NCBI RefSeq assembly: GCF_001194135.2
Contig: NC_068998.1
Location: 47,172,320-47,215,630, forward strand
From: Octopus bimaculoides
Lineage: Eukaryota
Direction of reading: 5' to 3'
DNA length: 43,311 bases
The notes below the pieces were generated by a model. The model made no database searches. It had not been told where the DNA came from and saw nothing but the letters and a program-made list of their open reading frames with translations. Made by a program: the position numbers and the translations under genes. Below, piece by piece: positions 36,498 to 43,311 of the stretch. Numbering within the stretch: the first letter of the stretch is position 1; the number at the start of each line of letters is the position of its first letter.

Positions 36498-37760
36498 TAT
36501 CCACTGGCACCTTTAACTTAATATTCATGGATACTCTGTGTGACATAGTAGCAGAGGTAGAGACTTTTAAGCAAGTTTTCAGAAATGTTTCATCTGGTTG
36601 GGGTTGAAGTGAACCTACAGAAGGAGAAATTTCGTTAGGGGACTGCTCAGCTGTCCCCTACCGTGTTATAGATCATGTAAGATTGAACACAACAATAAGT
36701 CACTGATAATCACATCTCATCTCATATCTTCCTGCGGTAGAATGCACACTAACATGGGATAGTTTCCTCCACATTATGAACCTCTGTTAATGCATATGTG
36801 TCATACTTGTTTCATCAGCCATACTCTTCCGTGTCGGCGCAGGACAAGAGGGTATTAATTTTGGAACTTTCCTTCTCCTAGATTGATTGCTTTCACCGCA
36901 GCTAAGGGACTCAATCTACCTATGTAAAAAATCTATTTAATCCGTAGATGCGACCCTAACAAGTACTACCATTTCGGGTAGTAAGTACTGAATTGTTCAA
37001 AGTCAATCTCACGCAACTTGAACAGATACCCACTGATAGTGAGATCAAATCTAACAGTTGGCGATTGCGAAGCTTTTTTTTTGTTTGTTTTTGGTGATTC
37101 GAGAGTATACCCCCACCCCGCTTCCCCATCACCATCCAGCTCCACCATCCGTTACATTCTCACATTCACCTTGTAATCAAAATCAAAGCCCAAATCGAAA
37201 GGACTAAACAGGACCGACCCAATCGATGGACTCTGGTCTAAGTCTTGACATTGCCAGATGATTTCTTACCAATTTCGAACATCAAGGTAAGTTGAGGGGA
37301 TGTAGTGTTCAAAAGATTATTAGGGTCCAATGTGATAGGTCTACGTGATACAGTCCCCTATTGCAGACCCGTCTCTCAGCTGTTTACAAATTCTCATCCA
37401 AACACCTTTGGAGTGGAATAACTACTAATTGTATACGAACCCCTAACCTGGTGCTGTAACTGACTATTTCCCCAGACAACGAAAAATATCTACACTTAAA
37501 AAAAAAAAAAACGATAAAGGAATGCCACTGAGGGAGTCTTAATGAGGTCATTCGAATTGTTAGACATAGCAGCCGCATCGCATTCATAACATTTGATAAT
37601 TCAGTTAGACTATATATCGAAAAGAAAATTAGACATAGTTATCATGGTTGTAACATTTACTAACAAGCTTAGGCTGGCCTGGGGACAAACGACAATTGCG
37701 ATGATGATGACGACGATTAAAACACAAGGAAAATATTTAAAAATTCAATGAAAATTGATG

Positions 37761-38972
37761 CTATATTTTAAGGTTATATTTCCTATCATTCTGAACAATG
37801 CTATTCCACCTTTTCACGTTGCCTTTGTACACCATTTCTGCCACTCTCACCTTTTGTTTCCATTTCTCAATGAGTTCTCGCCACTCTTTATTGTCTTTTA
37901 CTAAAATAATATATTCCAATATGGACGGTACTCGGTAGTTCTCATAAAGCGCTTTCAATCTTTCGTTTTTAACCTTTTCATATTTTTCTCCTACTTCATC
38001 ATTTTGCTGTTTGTTTAATAGGTAGACCAAACTGTGGTTTTCTCGCAGAATTCTCTGACGAAATTCTTCACCTTGCTTCACGTCATTTTCTAGTTCTTGC
38101 TTTTTCTCGTAAGTGTATCTTTCAATGGGTACAAGAGCTCTTCTTAGACGGGATTTTTGTTTGTTAAGACTATGAATTTCTTCAATAAGTGTCTTTTTTT
38201 CCGTCCATTTGCTATAGAATTCAATAGGATCAACTTCGTCTCGATATTTTTTAATCATTATTTGTTTTTTAATTTTATTTACAAGACTAATATTTCGTAG
38301 TTTAATTAAACAAATTAGACTTTCCCGTTTTGTATCCTTCGTGGCGACGTATTTTTGCCATTTACGCAGAAAAGGAATTTTGCCATTCTCTTTAACCAAA
38401 ATACCGAATTCCATTTCCAGTTCTCGTCTCTCTAACGGAATTTCAGCTAAAGTCTCGTTGTAGTTTTCAAGCAAAGCAAGGTTCAAAGCGATAAAATGCT
38501 GTGATGTTTTTTTCGACAATTTTAATTCTTCTTTCAAAGCCATGATGTAATACCGAGCAACTAGTAGTTTCTGCTCTGTAGTCAAATTGCTTACTTTCCT
38601 AGCTACACCGATAATACCAGGGGCAAATGGTGCCGGTGATGGTGGCTGAGATTTTGCTACTGTCTGTGAACCAAAAACAGAACTTGATTCATTGCTAACA
38701 CCACTACCACTTGCATGCAACTTGTCTTCCAGATATTTCTCAAACATGCTCGTTTCAGTGGACAAAAACCGGTTCCGCTTTTCCGTTTCTTTCACCTTCT
38801 CAGAAAGATCTTCCATTGCCATAAAGCTAAGGGCTCCGATAAGCCACATACGCTTTCTCCTCGATTTTAATGACTGTAAATCTTCATGGCCTGCTTCTCC
38901 ACTGTCTATATCATTGAGATTAGAAGCCAATGCTGGGAAAATTGTTCTAATATTTGAAGGTAACTTCTTCAT
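37761..38972 (-). CDS. CCDC113: Coiled-coil domain-containing protein 113 (CFAP263)-like, single-exon, divergent
   Basis: 403-aa stop-free non-repetitive ORF, by far the longest real ORF. Collinear motifs match recalled human CCDC113: STETSMFEKY~KTETEMFEKY, LTTEQKLLV~LTADQKLEL, IKLRNISL~LRLKNVSL, ENYRVPSILEYI~AEFRAPQVMTYV, KWKQKVRVAEMVYKGNVKRW~MWERKVEIAEMSLKGHRKAW. The ATG has A at -3 and an in-frame stop 14 codons upstream. Confidence 0.85.
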   Translation of the reverse strand: MKKLPSNIRTIFPALASNLNDIDSGEAGHEDLQSLKSRRKRMWLIGALSFMAMEDLSEKVKETEKRNRFLSTETSMFEKYLEDKLHASGSGVSNESSSVFGSQTVAKSQPPSPAPFAPGIIGVARKVSNLTTEQKLLVARYYIMALKEELKLSKKTSQHFIALNLALLENYNETLAEIPLERRELEMEFGILVKENGKIPFLRKWQKYVATKDTKRESLICLIKLRNISLVNKIKKQIMIKKYRDEVDPIEFYSKWTEKKTLIEEIHSLNKQKSRLRRALVPIERYTYEKKQELENDVKQGEEFRQRILRENHSLVYLLNKQQNDEVGEKYEKVKNERLKALYENYRVPSILEYIILVKDNKEWRELIEKWKQKVRVAEMVYKGNVKRWNSIVQNDRKYNLKI

Positions 38973-39565
38973 TTTGCAACTTTTTATCCTTCCCTGGGAC
39001 CGTGAGGAGATTTACATGAACAACAAAGTCATGTACACTTGAAAGATAATCAGTGAAAAAAACTAACGAGGGAAACTTTGTGTTGACATTAGAAATGCTA
39101 AGTATAGCATCCAAACCTCCCTCAAATCACGCTCAAATATTTTCTCTCAAAGTTTACTATAGATGTTTATAACAATAAACGTTTAATATAAAAGTTTACT
39201 TGGGTTGTTTTCTGTAAAAATTCACAACAGGCGATTTCTTTAGGTGCTTACAATATGCTTTCTATATGTTTTCTATACATGTTTTCTGTAATATAACTTT
39301 TCTCTTTATATTTTCCGTACGTTTCCTGTCGATGCTCCATGTAGATGTAATGTGTTGATGTCAAGATAAAATGTGAAATATTGTATGTAGATGTTTTCAA
39401 ACTGTATTATTCAAATACTTAACGCTTTCCTTAAAGCAACGCAGGACATTCATTCACTACCTCTTTCCTGTCTATCTCCTTCACTCATTCGTTCTATTGT
39501 ATGAGCGCGCGCGTGCACACACACACGCACACACACATTTGCGATTGAGTGTGTGTATGTACATA

Positions 39566-39599
<34 letters not shown>

Positions 39600-39643
39600 C
39601 ATACATACATACATACATGCATGCATACATACATACATACATA

Positions 39644-41170
39644 CATGGTGTTCGGGCTAAATTTGGCAATTTTCATGTCTCCTTTTTATCAGGAAGATCT
39701 TGATATATATGGTGAACAATCAGCGGTGTTGGAGAGCAAAAAAGATTAAATTGTAACTGGAAAAAAAACTTAGCTGACATGGAGGACTGGAAGCCATCTG
39801 AATATTGGAAAAGAGTTACCTGCACCATGATGATTCGCGCTGGGTATCGAAATGCTGACATTTTGACTGCTGCTCAATGCTTTGTGAACACTGTAAGGGG
39901 TGTAAGACGTGACATGGACAGCTGCGAAGGACACTGTGAAGCTGTGGCCAACAATAAGGACACAGCAAATTTTCTGACTGCGTCCGCACTCCGGTTTTCG
40001 TTCAACAACTGCAGGACAAGGTGGTGGCAGATCCGAGCAAAGGAATCTGGGTTTTGGCGAGAGAGACGGTTAGCCCTGAAGCTAACCCTGAATGAAGACC
40101 TTCGCTACGACTCATACAAGAAGCGCAAGTGACAAACTCTGACGACCAAACTCTGAGAACTGCTTGGCGATGATAAGGAAACTCCTGTTCAAGCTGAGGC
40201 AACCTGTTGAGCCTGGTTCTACTCAGATGAAAAGAACTTCTGTCAGCACCAGTTGCAAAACACCCAGAACGAGAGGTGACTTGCCTACCATCCATGTGAT
40301 GTCCCACGTATTAAGAAAACCAAGTGGAGGCGCAATGGCCCAGTGGTTAGGGCAGCGGACTCGCGGTCATAGGATCGCAGTTTCAATTCCCAGACCGGGC
40401 GTTGTGAGTGTTTATTGAGCGAAAACACCTAAAGCTCCACGAAGCTCCGGCAGGGGATGGTGGCGAACCCTGCTGTACTCTTCCACCACAACTTTCTCTC
40501 ACTCTTACTTCCTGTTTCTGTTGTGCCTGTAATTCAAAGGGTCAGCCTTGTCACACTCTGTGTCACGCTGAATCTCCCCGAGAACTACGTTAAGGGTACA
40601 CGTGTCTGTGGAGTGCTCAGCCACTTGCACGCTAATTTCACGAGCAGGCTCTTCCGTTGATCGGATCAACTGGAACCCTCGACGTCGTAAGCGACGGAGT
40701 GCCAACAACATATGAAAACCAAGGTCTCCAACTTGTGATGGTTTTCGGGTGTGTCTCTGCCCAACCCCTTATCTTTGAACAGGGCCTAAGCCGCAGTTCA
40801 GACGGCTAAGTGAATCTGCTGGAGACAACAGTCAAACCATGGCTGGAAATGGTTGCTGCTGGAAGGCCATATAAATGACAGCCGGATTCGGCTCCTGGAA
40901 GGAGTCAGAAGCAGTTGTCAGAGAGATTTTCTACCACGACTTCACCAGCCCCAATTTCTGGCCTCTTAGTTCCTTCGATTATAACCCCACGTATTAAGTA
41001 TGTGTGGGGGCGCGGTTGAGAAAGATGCTAACCGTTCTGCATGGAACACCAAGGCCGAGAGCCGGCGGCCTAAAATCAAGGAGGTGTTCGAAGATCACAG
41101 GGGCGCGCGCGCCAGGTTCCGGCGCCGCTTTCAGTCGTCGTTGTGGAAGCTGAGAGCGGGTACTTTGAAC
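39644..41170 (+). mobile_element. Decayed Tc1/mariner transposon, maT/DD37D-like, interrupted by a SINE
   Basis: TA then CATGGTGTTCGGGCTAAA at the left end, ATG at 39779. Frameshifted or stopped transposase motifs: FYSDEKNF (D1), LQNTQNER*LAY, MKTK..VMVFGCVS, QPDSAP (D2), FWPLSSFDYNP (~WPPNSPDxNP, D3), WGAVEKDANR, RFRRR..VVEAESGYFE. No right TIR found. Confidence 0.85.
40325..40710 (+). mobile_element. SINE family C, full-length and young, inside the maT relic
   Basis: About 95% identical to the reverse complement of 32407-32798 (about 16 differences by eye). TSD A(A/T)GAAAACCAAG at 40313-40324 and 40712-40723. Confidence 0.95.
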
Positions 41171-41391
41171 AACCTGGTATCTCCCGGCCATAATCTAGTT
41201 GATATTAAATTTTTTTTTTTTTTTAATACTTTCATTTTTGGATGGAATATTGTATTTTAGTTCATTCTCTTCTGAAAATATTGCATTTTCTTTTCCTTTT
41301 ATGTAAATTGTATTGGCATGTGTATACATACATACATACATACATACATACAAACATAAATACATATATACATACATACATGCCAATATCC

Positions 41392-41435
<44 letters not shown>

Positions 41436-41469
41436 GTCTATCTATCTGTCTGTCTGTCTGTCGGCCTGT

Positions 41470-41660
41470 CTGCTTAGCGGCATTTTGTCCGTTTTTACGT
41501 TCTGAGCCGAGGTCGACTTTGCCTTTCATCTATTTGAGGTCGGGTCGATAAAATAGGTACCAGTTGAACAATGGGGTCGATGTGATTGACTTAGCCCCCT
41601 CACTCGAAACTGCCAGTCTTGTGTCAAAATTTGAAACTATACTACTACTACTACTACTAC
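41470..41660 (+). mobile_element. SINE family B
   Basis: TGCTTAGCGGCATTTTGTCCG...GAGGTCGACTTTGCCTTTCATC, with a (TAC)n tail. Confidence 0.8.
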
Positions 41661-42444
41661 TACGCCGCCGCCCGCCCACCGNNNNNNNNNNNNNNNNNNN
41701 NNNNNNNNNNNNNNNNNNNNNNNNNNNNNNNNNNNNNNNNNNNNNNNNNNNNNNNNNNNNNNNNNNNNNNNNNNNNNNNNNNNNNNNNNNNNNNNNNNNN
41801 NNNNNNNNNNNNNNNNNNNNNNNNNNNNNNNNNNNNNNNNNNNNNNNNNNNNNNNNNNNNNNNNNNNNNNNNNNNNNNNNNNNNNNNNNNNNNNNNNNGG
41901 CTAGAGGACTAATGCTAATCCTGAGTCAGTGCCAATCTATTTTACTCACAGAACCGACCATAGATTCCGGAAAGCAATTTGCAAGAGAGATAACTGTCGG
42001 TATTAGTAAGAGTTGCCTCCCATCAAAAATATTTCTGTTTATATCCGCTAGGATAACCAAACCAACTGACTTCCTTTTATTATCATTTTGATACCTTTCA
42101 TGTGTATTTTCAGAAATAAGGTCGTTGATAGAAAGAAGGAGCAATCTAAATTGCTGCTGATTGATTTTGGTTGAAAGTAGCCGCCTCATTTTAGCACAAA
42201 CTGACCAGTAAAGCCAACTACATCTCACTCACATTATAAACTCAGGATGATGGAGAAAACATATTATGAATGCAACTTTAAACGGAGAAGTCACATTTCG
42301 AATCCGTTTGACTTTACGTCTATCCCATTACAATTGATCCAATGTAACATGTTAAATTTCTTTTAACCATTTGAAGTTTCTCAAATTTTCACCTGAATAT
42401 TAAAAAAAAAATGAAATTTGGTTGTAGTTTTGTAGTCTGATTGA

Positions 42445-42635
42445 CAAAAATTGGTTTCAAATTTCGGCACAAGGCTAGATGAGGGGTAAATCCAATACAT
42501 CGATCCCTATTGTTCAGCTGGTACTTATTTCATCGACCCCCAAAAGGGTGAACGGTAAAGTCGAATTTGAACTCAGAACGTATAGACGGACGAAATACAG
42601 AGAAGAATTTCGCCCTGCGTGCTAACGATTCTCTT
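42445..42635 (-). mobile_element. SINE family B
   Basis: Reverse complement of the core and head. Confidence 0.8.
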
Positions 42636-42825
42636 GGCTTTACTGGTGACGAAAATTGCATTTATCTTTTACTAAAATTTAATAACAAACAAGTTGTGAG
42701 CATTTAAAGTAATGTAATTTTAGCTAATCAGAAGCCGCCATTGCTGAAATTTCGGAACCATAACTAGTATTTCACTGTGCTAGTTGCATTAATAACCGTT
42801 ATATGCGACGAGACCAGAGAGTTCA

Positions 42826-42870
<45 letters not shown>

Positions 42871-43164
42871 TATGAATGCATATATATATGTGTGTACACT
42901 AATACATATACAAACATACATAACATACATACACATGCACGCACACATCCGTCCATCCATCCATCCATCCATCCATCCATCCATACATACATACATACAT
43001 ACATGCATACATACATACATACATGCATGTACATTACAAGTGCAGTCTGTGAGTGGAACAGTAAAGGTATGCAAGACTTTTCTCAAGTTCCTAATGTGAA
43101 TTTCTCTGTGTTAGCTACATCCCAAAGATGGAGACATACATGCATACCTCTCTCTCTCTATCTG

Positions 43165-43311
<147 letters not shown>

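Noticed and set aside
36965-36984. Helitron 3' hairpin (TACTACC-ATTTCG-GGTAGTA)
   Set aside because: There is no downstream CTRR terminus, and a 7-bp stem is expected by chance.
37497-37510. Poly(A) remnant of the CCDC113-like retrogene
   Set aside because: The A-run is on the plus strand, so it reads as poly(T) on the gene's sense strand.
38692-39042. 116-aa plus-strand ORF
   Set aside because: Antisense shadow of the CCDC113-like CDS.
40325-40400. tRNA gene
   Set aside because: A and B boxes are present, but it is the head of a TSD-flanked SINE and lacks a proper acceptor stem.

Overview
This is AT-rich eukaryotic DNA dominated by repeats. The SINE types, the very dense (CA)n/(TA)n/(AGT)n/(ATC)n microsatellites and five short N gaps point to a draft cephalopod (Octopus-like) assembly; the taxon is inferred, not proven. 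There is one convincing protein-coding gene: an uninterrupted 403-codon minus-strand ORF (37761-38972) encoding a divergent CCDC113/CFAP263-like ciliary coiled-coil protein with no introns. The rest is mostly mobile DNA: at least 7 SINE-like families (labelled A-I for convenience), RTE and CR1/L2 LINE relics, a Tigger/pogo relic, a maT (DD37D)-like Tc1/mariner relic, mariner and hAT MITEs, and a putative Penelope-like terminal repeat. Structures these annotations do not explain include two long decayed fold-back palindromes (8081-8389 and 31971-32869, the latter split by a young SINE) and a few weak exon-like islands. No rRNA, true tRNA or CRISPR array was seen. Almost all ORFs in the supplied track are microsatellite artefacts. 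Repeat boundaries are by eye (about +/-20 bp unless a TSD or TIR fixes them), and protein and family similarities are from recall and need database confirmation.
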